The notes under the pieces were generated by a model. It did not search any database. It was given only the letters and a program-made list of their open reading frames with translations, and was not told where the DNA came from. Both the position numbers and the translations under genes were made by a program. A stretch of DNA of 64,000 nt from Pelomyxa schiedti (lineage: Eukaryota > Protista > Evosea), in assembly GCA_020536535.1 (NCBI GenBank), contig JAHLWZ010000197.1:64637-128636 (forward strand), in the 5' to 3' direction. Positions 41,001 through 56,400 of this stretch are shown piece after piece (within the stretch, counting starts at the first letter, position 1; every line of letters starts with the position of its first letter).

Positions 41001-44000
41001 AGGAGGGAGAAATACGGCACGAAATGTTTGTTCTCCCATGGGAATTGACCTGCGAACCTCTTTGCAGCACTGCTCCATGTCACACAACATGCCGCTTTCT
41101 CTCTGTGGTTTTTTTTTTTTTTTTGTGGTGAGTGAAGGGGAGAAAGAGGGAATGATTTTCACGGCACATTTACATCAAATTCCACAGGTCTGAGATGAAC
41201 TCTTCCTTTTTGTTCAAGCCAATCCCGCACAATCTGCAGGTGGTGAAGCTGCTCTTTGAACTCCAAGAAGCGCTTGTAAACTTGTCTCATGTCTGGCAAT
41301 TTGACATCTGGGAACAACGTTTTGCAGATTTCAACAAATTGCAGGTATTGTGTGTTCTCAACTGTGGGTTCCTTTCTTGGTGGCACTGCCGCTTCTGATG
41401 CTGTGTTGCTTGGTATCACTATTTTAAGTCTACACAGCAACACGATAAGAGGAATTGAAATTTAGGCAAATGCGAGGATACATACAGTTGGTCACCAGCA
41501 AAAGCTTTGACCTCTTGCAGTGTGACTCGGTTGTCACAGATCCTGTCAACTTGTTCTCTGATGGTGTCACACAACTGTTTTTTGGTTGTTCAGAGGCTTA
41601 TGGTAATGTACAAAAGATGTAACTTGTTGACAGCCTGTTTCATAGTTTCCGAAAAATGGGTGATCCAAATGCAAGTCCCTGAATCGCAACAAGGAAAGAA
41701 CGGCTGGGGTGAGCTTCATGACTTCCTCAACTGCCATCATGCACCTTGGGCACACACTTTCGTTCAAAACTGCAATGATAAAAGAGCTCTCTCTCTCCCG
41801 TTTCGAGAGGTTGGGGAGGTGTCGTTCGAGCCATCCCCCAAGAGCACAAAGCTGGCTTGAGATCGATTTGCCTGATGGTGTTTCGGCACTGTTCGAGAAT
41901 TGACATTTGAAGAAAAAGAAAAAAAAGTGGCACTGTGGGGGTAACAAGAGGGTATAATATACCTGACAACAAGAGAAGCTGGGACAAAAAAAGTGAGAAA
42001 AAAGGGGAATTCACCAAGTGATGGGATACCAAAAGTCTTGAGCATGAGAAAGAACAGTGGTGACTGCCTTTGATTGGGTTTTTCCATTTCATGCTGGAAC
42101 AACGACCTCACGGTGTTGGTAAATTGCCGTGACAGTGGTTTCACATCAACCTGGTTTCCTTGAGATAAAAAGAAAAAAAAAAAGTGGGAAGAGGAAGGGT
42201 CAACTCACAATTTTCATTATATCTTTCAATACCACGATGTCACGATCATCCTCAAACGAAAACAGGTTTGAGTATTCAGGGCAGTAAAGTGAAACCCGGA
42301 TGAATGGAACAATGTATCTGTGTGTATTGCATTGATAAATAGAAAGAAATGAGGGGTCAGGGCCACACTCACATGAAACTGCACTTGAATGACTTGTAGA
42401 GCAAGTCACGCAATGGGAGGAATTTAACCCTGGGATCACCAGACTGTGGATCGAAGTTGTGTCGGGAAACAAGTATTTGGGCATATTTGTCCAACACCCA
42501 ACCAATTTGATGTGGTTCCCACACATTTGCATGGCTCTCCAAGACACTTTGGAGAATTTTGCGTTCAAGGATCTTCACTGGAATTCTACCATCCCCATTT
42601 TCAGATTTCAGAAAGCAAAAAAAAGAGACAAGCTTACAGTTGGAGCTCTGCAAATGAGGAAGGTGGTGACAATTGAAGAAAATGGGTCACTGATGCATCG
42701 AAGAACTTGAGAGTATCTTCTGACAATGTGGATCTAATGGCCTCAAGTCCATACTGTAGTGTTCTCTGGAAAGGCAAAACAAAGAGAGGAGGGAAAAGTA
42801 ACAACAAAACAAAAAACAAAAAACAAAAAACCAAACCTCCAAGAAAGGAGCGGTGATAGACTCGTTCTGTGCTCTGGGAAGGAAGTGAGAATGAAGAAAA
42901 GGAATTGGAAGGCGCAAACAGATCTTCCAGACCAGCAGCTAATGTGACCCGCTCCAACCAGTACCACCACTCTCCCATCCTCGGTACATTGTCAGTCTCT
43001 CCTCGTCTCGGAGAAGGGCATGTGAGGTTGAGCAAATCATGGTAACACTCGCCGAGTTTCTAAATAAAAATAAATAATGGTGGTGAGTTCCAGAAACGGT
43101 GGGTTGGGAGATGGAAAGATGAGGAAAAAAAGATGATTGGAGGAGACAAACCCGAGTTCCCTCAGTGTTCCCTTTGGGAATAGACCAGCCACCAGGACAA
43201 ATCGAATAGACGCTTTTCACAACAAGATCACATGTTGCCTGTGCACTTTCGCGGTCTGCACCTCTGAGTTCCCTCTCAAAGAGCTTTACAGCACCTTGCA
43301 ACACACTCAGTGACACCTGTGGTGGCATCTTTGCCGAGAGTTGTTTGTAAAGAACTGGTGGTCTGAATTCCCAGAAACAGGTGAGAGAAGGTTCAACAAA
43401 CAAATTGACAAAACATACTTGTTGAAGAAGTCAACAATAAGCCTGGGAGAAATTCGTGGGAAGAACCGGTCCTGAACAAAACTGTCCCATCGATTCAGGA
43501 GCTGGTTGTCAACAATAAACAAGGAAAAAAGGTGTTCCACAAAAGAGGGAAAGAAAAACCTGGAACTCATCTTGGATCCCTTTTACAAAATTCAGCGCCA
43601 AGTGCAGGATTTGAAGTTGAAGTTCACGTTGTGGCTGTTTGTTGTGTAAGTGAGCAAACAGAAATTAGGAATAAGGAATACAGTTAACAAGGTGCGTTGT
43701 AGAAGAATACTTGAACACCTGGAAGCCAATAGGCCCCCAATGAGGTCAAAAAGAGAGGGATCCTCTTGTTGAAGCACTTTCAGTGACTGAATGAGCTGTT
43801 AAGAACATTAAATTTATAGAGAGCTCACTCTTAGGATTACGGCATCTTTTGCTGCCACCATGGTCTCATCAGTAGAGGGAGATTGGAAAATGGTGTCACA
43901 CAGACAACTGGCAACTTCAACCAGACATTCTCCTGTCTCCTTTTCTGGCTTCCTGCAAATTCCATCTTCCCTGAGAAAAACCAGTTAAAAAAAAGAGGAA

Positions 44001-44485
44001 GAGCAAACGATACAGTTCGATTCTGGAGAGGAAGATAACTCGAGCAGTCTCAGCAACAGACAAATTAAGAACATGGCATTATCAAACAGGTGACTACCAG
44101 AGACAGAACCACGCCCAGGCAGCATCTTTAGACCCCGTATGGCCTCCGTCAACCCCCCAGCCATCCACGACACGTGTGTCCCAAAATCGGGGTTGTTCTT
44201 ACTTCCGTTCCATTGGTCAAACTCATCCAGCAACTTCATTACCTGCGCCTTGTCCACCAAAGTAAATGGTGCCGTGGATGTCAATGTCGGCGCTACTGCT
44301 GGTGTTGGTGTTGCTGTAGCTGCTTTTGGCGCTGTTGGTTCAGCGGGACTGGCTGGAAGTGAATCTATTCTCTCCCGGGCAACTCCTGGCATACCAGACA
44401 AAAGAATGTAGAACTGTGTCGCGGCGTCTTTCGGCCCCGTCGTCCTCTTGCCACCACCTGTAAGGAAACGAAACAAGCCAGCCAT
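38074..44485 (-). CDS. Unit B: RNF213-like N-arm + coiled coil + protein kinase fusion
   Basis: Exons 44485-40323 are paralogous to unit A 33620-29395. A phase-0 GT-AG intron at 40282-40322 joins in frame to the kinase exon (GSFGTV, ALKMMFNY, HCDIKPDN, DLG, RAPE, DVWAVG). Confidence 0.85.
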
Positions 44486-44564
44486 TGTTGTTCAGGTTGG
44501 AAAAAAAGTTCGTTCGCCGTCTTCTGGGAAGAACACTCGAGAATCACAAAAATTTGGGCCTTCT

Positions 44565-47500
44565 TTAGGAGAGAATATTGAGGTTGTAAAGGGGTGACGA
44601 GGCAGCATTGAGGAAAGCGAACAAAGCACGAGCGGCAGCAGGCACATCACGCAACGCCATGTTACAATAAACAAGCTTGATCAGTTCCTTCACAGTGGTG
44701 TCAAATGGCTGAAACGTGGGTGATGTCATGGACGGCACAACATCAACACCAAAGCGCCGGCCGTTGCGTTGGAAGATGTCAGTCAAGTTCTGCTTGTGCA
44801 CCTGTAGAAGAGCCAGGTGCATGGCCGCGACCAGATCCTCAGGAATCGGCTGCGGTTGTGTGGGTGAATTCAGGGGCGCCCCTTGTGGCTGTTGCATCTC
44901 TAGTTCCGGAATTTGTTGTTGGTAGTCGAGGAACGTCATGATGAGCGGGAGCGGGAGGGAAAACAGAGCGCCGCAGGCCAAGAGTGCCTCGTGCGAAGTG
45001 GGCCTGCGGCTGGGGTCCCGCTCAAGCAGCCACCCAACAAGCCCGCCAACGCATGATGGTGTACTTATGGGATCCGGCTGGCCACTGGCGCTTGGATCAG
45101 AGTTGCCAGAGAGGGAAGATACCTCGGGGATGAGGGGAGGGAGTGCGGTGTTGCGTATAAGGCTGATGTTAACTTGGTTCTCAGTGAATAACGGGTTCCA
45201 GCCGGCAACGGCCTGAAAGAGAACGCAGCCGACGGCCCACACGTCGTTTTTGAGAAGCGGGAACTCCCGAAGTTGCTGGGTGACTTCAGGTGACCTGTTC
45301 CCTGGATTTCCACTGAAGGACTCACCTGGGGGTAAAACCAGAGGGTTCCCGCCTTCGCAAAATACAGCGGTTCCAAAGTCACAGAGAGCCCAGATGTTTC
45401 CTTTGATGTGTGGCCTCTCCATCAGCAGGATGTTGTCAGACTTGATGTCACAGTGGAACCACCCTCGCGAGTTGAGGTGGTCAACCGCACACAGCACGCA
45501 AAACGCGAGCTGAAGCAGGTCCCTCGCAGTGTCGAGCACAGAATGTTGATGTTGAATACTGCTGAACTTGGAGGAAATTATGGATTCCAGTGTGCACTTT
45601 CCCAGCTCCATTGTCATGTACGTGGTTCGCTGGTACACTGTGATTGCTCTGCCACCCTGACGGCATCCTGATACCCATTTACAGTTTGCATCCATTACTG
45701 TATAGTCCCCTCTCAATTTTTCTTCAATCAAAGACAGTAAAGTGTCACCTTGGAAATGGCTAAATACATTTGTGAAGCACCAGTGTGGGTGCGTAACTAA
45801 TAATTCATACTCCCTTTGGAACTGTGTTTTAAGCTGGAGGGTCTTCATTCCAGCACTGTAATTGAACATCATCTTCACTGCAACTTCTGTTGATAATCTA
45901 TGAGGGCCACCAGTGGTCTGTACCAGATTCGAGAGTACAACAGGAACTTTGCACACAGTCCCAAATGAGCCGTTGGCAATGAAGGTTGCTCTTGTCAGGT
46001 CAAGTTCGTTCAGTTCCACCAATGCCATAGCACCTTTCTGGAATACACAGATAGCTACTTCCAGGTTATTAGCCATCTCCAGGGTGTATATTTGTTCCAG
46101 TGCACTGTTTTCCAATGTGAGAGATTTGTTCCTTTCAGTATTGAGTGCTCGCTCCTGTTCAAGTACACGTTGCATCTCCGCTGACGAACTTCTTGGCTGG
46201 TATAGTGGGCTTTCTGCTTGAAGGGCAATATTTTGTGGTTCCAGGGAATTCTGTAGTATTTTGGGTAAAATATCCTCGAACTAGATAGTATGGTGAGAAA
46301 CAAAAGGTTGGCAAAAGCCTAACTTGTTTCTTCAGATCTTCGATGTGTTGTGGGATTGTCTCCAGTGAGACCGGCGATTTTGTGAGGGAGTGGTACAAAT
46401 TTAAAAGGTCATCAGCCGCTTTAATGCATAAATTGAATTGCTTGCAACAGTAGACGACAGAGGGAATGAACTCAAGGAATCGAATGAGATCAAGTCCTTC
46501 TTGGAGGAAGTGAGCAAAATTCAATGATTCTTGCCCCTTTTCTGAGAAGAACTTGTGACTGATGATAGTATGTTAGTGAAGTTTTTTGAGTATGGGTTTT
46601 TTAGCTACTGGCAAAAAAAAAAAAAAAAACAATTGTCACATACATAATTTGCCCTTCCTCCGTGCTGCCGTTTTTTCCCGTCGCGGCTGCTTTTTGTAAG
46701 TCTTTTACCTGTGTGGCGTGTGTTGGTGGCCTGTGTGTCAAGTTTTATCAGAAATTTCAAACCTGGTTTAGCCCTACAGTGCCATGTGCAAGCAGCTGCA
46801 ACTCACGTGCAACTGAACCAACAATTTCCTCCAGATCGCCTGGTGGAACATCCTTCTCTCCCTAAAGTACACTGTATCAGCCCCTACCACACCATAAAAA
46901 AAAAAGACTCAAGGCAGTAGAGACAGAATTTTAACGGGAAAGAGGTGGGTGTGTACATAGTTCCTCTTTGTTAAGTTCATGAAGTAAACCTTAAAGAAAG
47001 CACTTTTCTTCACCAAGAAGTATTTCAGCTGTTTTTGGGAGTTGCCAAGGGAGATAAGACACAAAAGGGAAAAAATACAGCATTAAATGGCTGTTCACGC
47101 AAGGGAATTGACTTCCGCAACTCAGTACAACGCTGTTCCAGGTCACATAATGTGACAGTTTCACTCTGGTTTTTGTTTTGTTTTGCTTTATTTTTGGATA
47201 TGATCCAGGAATAGTGCAGTCTGGTGGATGTGTTGCAGTCATTTGGCAAAAGAGTGGAGTAACAATACATTGATATCAAATTCCACAGGTCTGAGGTGAA
47301 CTCTACCGTTTTTTCCAAGCCACTTCCGCACAGTCTGCAGATCATGAATCTGGTTTTTTAATTCCAGGAATTGATCATAGACTTTCCTCATATCCGGCAA
47401 GGCCACTTTTGGGAACAATGTTTTGCACACATCCACAAGTTGTGAATATTGGGTGGTTTCCACTTCTAGTCTTGGTCTGTGCAACAAATTATGTGTGAAG

Positions 47501-50277
47501 CACTCAGAGGATACATACAGTTGTTGTTCACCAGCAAAATCTTTGGCCTCTTGTAGGGTGACTCTCCTGTCACAGATTTTGTCGACTTGTTCTCGGATGG
47601 TTTCGTGCAGCTGCTTTGTGTGAGTATTTCTTCTTTCTATGTGCAGTTTTTCTCACCTGTTGACACCCAGCTTCATAATTTTCAAAAAAAGGGTGGATCA
47701 AAGCCAAATCTTTGAATTGAAACAAGGACAGAACAGACGAAGAGAGTTTAGTGACTTCATCAACTCCCATCATGCACCTTGGGCACACACTTTCCCTCAG
47801 AACTGCAATGACAATCGAACTCTCTCTCTCCTCCTTTGAAAGGTTGGAGAAGTGTGATTCAAGCCAGCCTCCAAGTGTACACAGTTGTGTTGAGATGGGT
47901 AGGCCTGGGGGCATTTCAGTGCTGTTTCTTTGAGTAAGAACCTCTCAATTTTATTGAAGGATTATCAATGACATACCTGACAATAAGAGATGCTGAAAAA
48001 GGGAAGAACAGTGAGAATAAGGAGAATTGATGAGGTCTTACCAATTGCTTTGAGCATGAGAAGGAATAGTTGTGACTGTCTTTGTTCTGGTCTTTCCATT
48101 TCACACTCAAACAAAGATCTTACAATCTTGGGGAATTGCCTTGACAAAGGTTTCACATCAACCTTTTTTGTTTGGTCAGACTAAAAAAAAAAAGTTCACG
48201 CACATCTTTCATGATGTCTTTCAAGAAGATGAGGTCATGGTCATCCTCAAAGGAAAAGAGATTGGAGTATTCAGGGCAGTAAAGGGCAATCCGGATGAAT
48301 GGAACAATATTTCTGTGAGACAAATAAGAAATGAGAGCCTGTGGATACACACATGAAACTGGAATTGAATGACTTGTAGAGCAAGTCTTGCAATGGGAGG
48401 AATTTGGGCCTGGGATCACCAGACTGTGAGTTCTGGGAAACAAGGAGTTGAGCATATTTGTCCAACAACCAACCAATTTGAGTTGGTCCCCACACAAGTG
48501 CATTTTTCTCCAAGATACTTCGGAGAATTTCAAGTTCAAGGAACTTGATTGGGATCCTGTAGTTTGTTATGGGGAAATCAAGGAAGTGAATGTGTATACT
48601 GCTGGACAACAGAAAATGGAGAAGGCGGTGATGATTTAAGAAAATGGGTCACTGTTGTGTCAAAGAACTTGAGAGTGTCTCCTGGCAATGTGGATCTTAC
48701 AGCCTCAAGTCCATACTGGAGTGTTCTCTGCAAGGATAGAATTAAAAAAACAGGATACCTCAGGTAAGAAAAATCTTATGAACCTCGAAAAAAGGAGCAA
48801 TCAGGGCCTGTTTTTGTCCTCTAAAAACTTATGTTTCAAAATGGAGACAAAGAAAAATTGGCACAAACAGATCTTCCAGACCAGCAGACACTGTGATGCA
48901 CTCCAACCCAGACCACCACAATCCCAACCTTTGAGCATTGGTCTCTCCTTCTTTGACAGCAGGGATTGTGAGGTTGAGTAAATCGCAATAGCACCTGCAA
49001 AGTTCCTGCAATAAATAGGGTTTGGATTTGAGTATTCTGTGAAGATGACAAACCTGGGTTACTTCAACACTTCCATTTGGAACTGAAAACCCACCAGGAC
49101 AAACCCAGAAGATATTTTTTATGACCAAATCATGTATTGCCTCAGTTTTAATTGACCTTTCAATCAACTTAACAGCACCTTGCAAAACAGTGATTGAAAC
49201 CATTGGCGGCAATTTTGTGGAAATTTGCTTATAGAGAACTGGTGGCCTTCACTCTGTAATTTAATATGTAATATCAAAAGCATAACAGTACCTGTGAAAG
49301 AAGTCAAACAGATTTGTGGCTGAAGTGACTTGGATAAACTGGCCAAGAAAAAACTTGTTCCATAAAGATAGAAACTGTTAACACTTGAGTTGAGATTCTC
49401 AAAGGAATGGCCTCACCTGAGACTCATTTTGGATACCTTTAACGTAATGCAATGCCAAGTGGAAAATTTGAAGTTGGAGTTCATGTTGTGGCTGTGACTG
49501 GCATTAAAGGAGGGACTGCCAACAGGTGAAGAAGGAAGAAAGGTACATTTAAGAAAGTGTTTCTCATAAGGGTCTCATTTGAACACCGTGCAGCCAAAAG
49601 ATTCATTAACAAGTCAAACAGAGAAGGATCGTCCTGCTGAAGCCCTTCCAATGACTGACCTATCTATTAAAACCACTGGCAATCTTGAACAAACATACAG
49701 AAATGATGAGCTTATCTTTCTCGAACACAAAATCTTCCTCGGAAGATGGAGAATGCCAAATTGCATCACTGACAGGGCTCACAACTTCATTGAGAAATGT
49801 CAGACCTGCCTCTTTTTGCATCTCTCTCTCAACATTCAATTTCCTGCCAAACCAGTCAGATGCACGAGAGAAAGATCGGAAAAGAAAAAGAAAAACCAAC
49901 TCTAGCAGCCACAGCAACATGTAAATTACAAATGGAGCACTGTCGAACAAGTGGCTGCCATATTTTGAACCCTGGACAGGGAGGATCGCCAGCCACCGAA
50001 CGGTGCTCACCAGCCTGCTAATTATCCAAGACACAAACTCCTCAGTTTGTGGGGTGGACCTGCTCCCCTTCCAATCGTCGAATTCACTGAGTAGCGTGGC
50101 GATCTGCCGAGTGAAGTTCGGGTCCAACAGCGCGGTTGGTTTTAGGGTGCTGCTCCCGGGCTGCTGTTGCCGCCGTTCGGGTAGGCTCTTGAGCAGGTCG
50201 ATAACTCTCATGGCTGCGTCTTGGGGCCCGGTGGAGACTTTTTGACGCTGACCCAAAACGCGAGCAAAGAAAGCCAT
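44565..50277 (-). CDS. Unit C: RNF213-like N-arm + short coiled coil + protein kinase fusion (most divergent copy)
   Basis: Same N-arm exons. A phase-0 GT-AG intron at 46281-46323 leads to FEDILPK.. in frame with the kinase ORF (AVKMMFNY, HCDIKSDN, DFG, RSPE). Confidence 0.85.
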
Positions 50278-50402
50278 GCAGGCGCCGAAGAGCCTCGATC
50301 ACAACTTGATTTTTTTTTGGGCGACAAGAAACAACTTTCTTGCTTTTTCTTCAAAAAAAGAAAGAAGAACCCCTTCAGTGCCTATTTAGTTGAAACAAGC
50401 CT

Positions 50403-53400
50403 CTAGGAGAGGAGATTGAGGTTGTAACGGGGAGAGGAGGCAGCATCGAGGAATGAGATCAAAGCACGAGCAGCAGCAGGCACGTCACGCAGTGCCATGT
50501 TGCAATAAACAAGACTCATCACTTCATTCACTGTGGCTTGAAGTGGTTCGAATGTGGGTGATGTCACTGAGGGAACAACGTCTGTGCCGAACCGCAGCCC
50601 GTTGTGCTGGAAGACATCTGTCACAGTCCGCTTTTGCACCTCCAGAAGTGCTTGTCGGATGGCGGTTATCATGTCCTCAGAGATCGATTGCGTGGGTTGA
50701 GGGTGTTCACTTGTTGCAGTTGCCGAGGTTGATTGGTTTGGTGGTTGTGTTGACGTGACCGAAGGGGCCGAATTCTTCTGTGCTCGCTGCTGTTGGATGT
50801 GGGTGACGAATGTGGTGATGACCTGTTTCGGGAGTATCAGAAGTGCACTGCAAGTGAGGAGTGCCTCACGTGAATTGGGGCGTCGGGTGCACTCGCGCTC
50901 AAGGAGCCACCCAACAAGCCCGGAGACCAAAGCGGGTGTGATTGTGGGATCGGTGTGGGTGTCATGTGTGAGGGAGGAGCAGTCTGGGATGACGGGAGGG
51001 AGTGTGGTGTCTCGGATAAGGTTGCTGTTCACCTGGTTCTCAATGGTGAATGGATGCCGGCCAGAAACGACCTCGTAGAGAACACACCCGACAGCCCACA
51101 CGTCGTTCTTGAGAAGTGGGAATTCTCGTTCTGCTTGAATCACTTCAGGTGACCGGTTTTGGGCATTCCCAGTGAATGTTTCGCCCTTGGGCAAAACCAG
51201 AGGGTTCCCACCTTCGCAGAACACGGCAGTTCCGAGGTCACAGAGAGCCCAGATGTTTCCTTTGATGTGTGGCCTCTCCATCAGCAGGATGTTGTCGGGC
51301 TTGATGTCACAGTGGAACCACCCTCGTGTGTTTAGGTGGTCAACTGCACACAGCACGCAAAACGCAAGCTGGAGCACATCCTTTGATTGACAAAGTGGAT
51401 GATGCTGGTTCTGGGGAGACATGGATTGCAGTTGCTGTGATGTTGGGAGAGTGGGCAACACTTCTGCTGTTTGCTGCTCAATGTTGACGATTCTTGAAGA
51501 AATTATGGATTCCAATGTGCACTTTCCCAGTTCCATTGTCATGAACGTGGTTCGCTGATAAACTGCAATGGCTCTCCGACTGTCGCGGCACCCTGATACC
51601 AAATTGCGGTTCGAATCCACAATAGTGTAGTCACCTCTCAAGGACTCCTCAATCAGAGTGAGTAAAGTGTCACCACGGAAATGATTGAAGACATTTGTGA
51701 AGCACCAATGTGGGTGTATCACTGAGACTTCATATTCTCTTTCAAACGCTGTTCTCAATTGGAGGGTCCTTGGACCAGCACTGTAGTTGAACATCATCTT
51801 CAACGCCACCTCTGTCGGGGCACTGTGGGCTCCACTGCTACGCAGCCACTTGGGAAGAACAACAGGAACTTTGCACACGGTTCCAAATGACCCGTTGGCG
51901 ATAAAGGTCGCTCTTGTGAGGTCAAGTTCGTTCAGTTCCACAAGTGCCATCACTCCTGTCTGGAACCCACAGAGGACTACTTCCAGGTTATGTGCATCTA
52001 TAGTGTAGGTATGTTCTAGTGCCCTCTTTTCTATGATGAGAGATTCGTTCCTTGCAGTGTTAAACTCAGATTCTTGTTGCTGCAGTGCACTGTGTATCTT
52101 CTCAAGTGCATTTCTTTGCTGTTGTAGAGAATTTTCTTTTTCCAATTCAGTTACTTTCTTTTGTTGCTCAAGTGCATTTTGATTCTCGGTTGTAAACATA
52201 AGCTCTTGTTTCCTAAGTTCCCCTTGTAGTTCCGCTTCGAATTCACTTCTTTGTTGAAGCAAAGCCTTTTCTTTTTCAACTTCAAGTGCGATTTTTTGTT
52301 TTTCAAGGGCGTGGTGCTTCTCAGTGTTAAGCAGATCTGATAATTGTGTGAGTGCACACTCCTTTTCACGGTTATGTTTGGCAGCCTGCTCTTCAAGAGC
52401 GCGACACAAAGTTTTTTGCTGTAGAAAGGCATTTGGCTTTTCAGACATTGCAACACGATCTTGCTCCCCCATAAGTGGGAGTAAATGGGATAGAATGTCC
52501 TCAAGCTAAAATGGTGAGAAATTTTTGTTTTATCAGAATGACCTGCCTGTTTCTGCACTTTGGAAAAGTGTAGCGGACACAATTTCAGTGAAACTTGAGA
52601 GGTGGTTAGGGAGTGATGCAAATCTGCTAAGTCCTTGGCCGTTTCACTGCATAAATCGTATTGCTTGCAACAGTATACAGCAGGAGGAATGAAATCCAAG
52701 TATTGAAAAAGAGTGAGGCCTTCTTGGAGGTAATGCTCCAAGTCAAATGACGGATCGTAACCCAACTCGGAAAAGTACTGAGTTCTATAATGTTCATTAG
52801 GATAAATGCTTTGTCAATCACACACATAATTCGGAATTCGGTAGCAATTCCTCTGTTCTCCGCTGCTTTTTGTATGTCTCTTATCTGGTTTGGCGCGTTA
52901 ATTGATGATTTTGAGACCACCCATTGACGGCTATTTGTCAAATCACAACCTGGTTGAGCCTTAGGTTACCAGTCTGAAGTTGCCTCAAATCAGCTGTAAC
53001 TGCAGATAGAATTTCTTCAAGGTTATCTGGAGGCACTTCCTTATTTCCCTGAAAGATACAAATGGGCAGCCCTTAAAACCAGGAAGGAAATTATACATAG
53101 TTCTTTTTTGTGAAGTCTATGAACCAAAACTCAAAGAAGGCACTGCCATTCACCAAGAAGTATTTCAACTGTTTTTTGGGGAAATTTGGCGAGCTAAGAC
53201 AAACAACGTGAAACGAAGGAAAATACAGAATTAAATGGCTGATCACGCAATGGAATTGCCTGGCGAAGCTCAATGCAACACTGTTCAACACCGCATAATG
53301 TTTCTCTCTAATTTTTTAAAAATGTCGTTGTATATTAGATGAAAGGAAATAGTAATGGGCATGTCTGCTGAGTGGTACATTGACATCAGAGGTGACAGGT

Positions 53401-56400
53401 CCGATGTGAACTCTTCCTTTTTGCTCAAGCCAATCCCGCACAACGTGCAGGTGGTGGAGCTGCTCTTTGACCTCCAGGAACTGACAGTAAACCTGTCCCA
53501 TGTCCGGCAAATTCACATTAGGGAACAGTGCCTTGCCTATCTCAACAAGTTGAGCATATTGTGTGCTCTCCCCTGTGGGTTCCTTTTTCGATGACATTCC
53601 TGTTTGTGCGATGTGGTGATGTGATTGCTGATCACGCACTGGTGGTCCTGCAGATGTTTTGCTTGGTGTGTTGGGGGTGTTGCTTTGTGTAGCTATCGTA
53701 GGTCTACACCATTGTGAGAGGAAAGGAATTTGATGGTACCAAAAAGAGTACACATACAACTGTTGTTCTCCAGCAAAAGCTTTTACCTCCTGCAGGGTCA
53801 CTAGTTTGTTGAAGATTCTGTCAACTTGTTCTTTGATGGTCTCACACAACTTGGTTTTTTTTTTAGAAGGTGGTTGTAAGATTCAGAGGTCTCACCTGTT
53901 GGCAGCCTTGTTCATAGTTTCCAAAAAAAGGGTGTTCTAAGTTCAAGTCCTTGCATTGGAACAAGGACAGAACAGATGGAGTGAGCTTCATGACTTCATC
54001 AACTGCCATCATGCACCTTGGGCACACACTTTCCATCAGAACTGCAATGACAATTGAACTCTCTCTCTCTTGTTTTGAGAAGCTGGAGAGGTGCAGTTTG
54101 AGCCATTCTCCGAGGGTGCAAAGCTGTGTGGAGATTGGTTTCTCTGGAGGGGTTTTGATGCTGACAAGAAGAGAGGCTGCAGAAAAAGAAGAATGAGGCC
54201 AAAAGAACTCTAAAAATGAGATTGCAATACCAAAAGTCTTGAGCATGAGAAGGAACAGTGGTGACTGTATTTGGTCAAGCTTTTCTGCTTCACACTGCAA
54301 CAACCACCTCACGGTGCTGGGAAATTGCTGTATCAATGGTTTCACATCAACCTTGTTTGTTTATTCTTGAGACAAAAAAAAGGGAAGGAAAGGGGGTTCA
54401 CAAACATCTTTCATGATGTCTCTCAATAAGCCTACATCATGGTCATCCTCAAAAGAAAAGAGAGTCGAGTATTCAGGGCAGTAAAGTGAAATCCGAATGA
54501 ATGGAACGATGTTTCTGTTCGCTTCGTCATGGTTTGACTGATACGAGAAATAAGAAGAGAGAGTTGAGTACAAACATGAAACAGGACTTGAAAGATTTTC
54601 GGAACACATCATTCAATGGGAGGAATTTGAGCCTCGGATCGTCAGACTCTGGGTTGAAGTTGTATCGAGAAACCAGTTTTTGTGCATATTTGTCCAACAC
54701 ACAACCAATTTGAAGTGGTTCCCACACAACTGCATTGTTCACCAATACACTTCGGAGAAATTCGAGTTCAAGGAACTTGATGGGAATCCTGTCACCAACA
54801 CTGTCAAAGAAGAGAAAGAAACAATGAGATGAGAATACTGTTGGAACACAATGTATGAAGAAGGTGGTGACGATTGAAGGAAATGAGTCACTGATGAACC
54901 AAAGAACTTGGAAGTGTTTATTAAAGTGGATTCGACAGCCTCAAGTCCGTACTGGAGTGTTCTCTGAAGAATCATGATGTGAGATGAGTGAAGGAAAGAA
55001 AGCAGAGAGATACAGAGAAATAAGCAAACCTCCAAGAAAGGAGCAGTGAGAGACTGCCTCTGTCCTCTGCATAAAGAAATGAGGAAGAAAAAGCCAATTC
55101 AGGAAGGCACAAACAGATCTTCCAGGCCAGTAGTAGCCAATGCAATCCACTCCAACCAATACCACCACTGTCCCATCCTCTGTGCATTGCCAGTCTCTCC
55201 TTGTCTCAGAGAAGGGCATGTGAGGTTGAGCAAATCATGGTAACACTTGCTGAGTTCCTGAAAAAATAGCCGCGATTGTATGAGTGAGAAATGAGGAGAT
55301 AAAAAAGAATTGCGGAGGAAGGAGACCAACCCGAATTACATCAGTGTTCCCTTTGGGAATGGAAAAGCCACCAGGACAAATCCAATAACTGTTTTGCACA
55401 ACAATATCACATGTTGCCTCTGCACTTTCCCGGTCAGCACCTCTGAGTTCCCTCTCAAAGAGCTTGACAGCACCTTGCAACACACTCAGTGACACCATTG
55501 GTGACATCTTCAATGAGAGTTGCTTGTAAAGAACTGGTGGTCTGAACAGGTGAGAGAAGGTTCCACAAACAAATTGGAAAAAACACACTTGTTGAAAAAA
55601 TCAACAATAAGACTGGGAGAACTTCGTGGGAAGAACTGTTCTTGAACAAAATTGTTCCATGCATAAACATAAAGGAGCTGGTTTTCAAAAATAAACCATA
55701 AATAAAGGCAGTGTTTAAAAAAAAAAAACCTGATGGTCATTTTGAATCCCTTTGATGAAGTTCAGTGTCAAGTGCAAAATTTGAAGTTGAAGTTCATATT
55801 TGGGCTATTTGTTCAGCTGGCAAGTGAGCAGTCAAAAAAAAAAAATTTAGAATGATACAGTCAGATATGTGCTTTGCAGAATAGCCACATTTGAACACCT
55901 GCAACCTAAAAGCTGCACAAGCAAGTCAAACAGAGAAGAATCTTCTTGTTGCAGCCCTCTCAATGCCTGTGGCAAGGTGTTAAAGAAAACCAAGAAAAAC
56001 AACAGGAAAATAGACAGTTAAGATGACGTCATCTTTTTCAGCCACCATTGTTTCGTCAGGTGATGGTGAATGAAAAATGGAATCAAGGACTTCACTTGCA
56101 GCTTCAATCAGAAAATTGAGAGCCTCCTCCCTCTTCTGCAGAGTTTTCTCGAAAGAAAGCTCCCTGTGGAAAGTATAAACACAGAAGGAAGCTGTCTTGT
56201 TGTGGGGCATTGTCTTCAAAAACAAAAATGCAATTACAGCAGCCACGCAACTCGAGGAGCCTCAGGAGCATGTAAATGAAAAACGGAGCGTTGTCAAATA
56301 AGTAACTTCCATATCTGGAGCCGTGTCCCAACAGAGTAATCAAATACCTCACCGCGGTCAACAACCCCCCGATGATCCACGACACGTGCTCTCCGAATTG

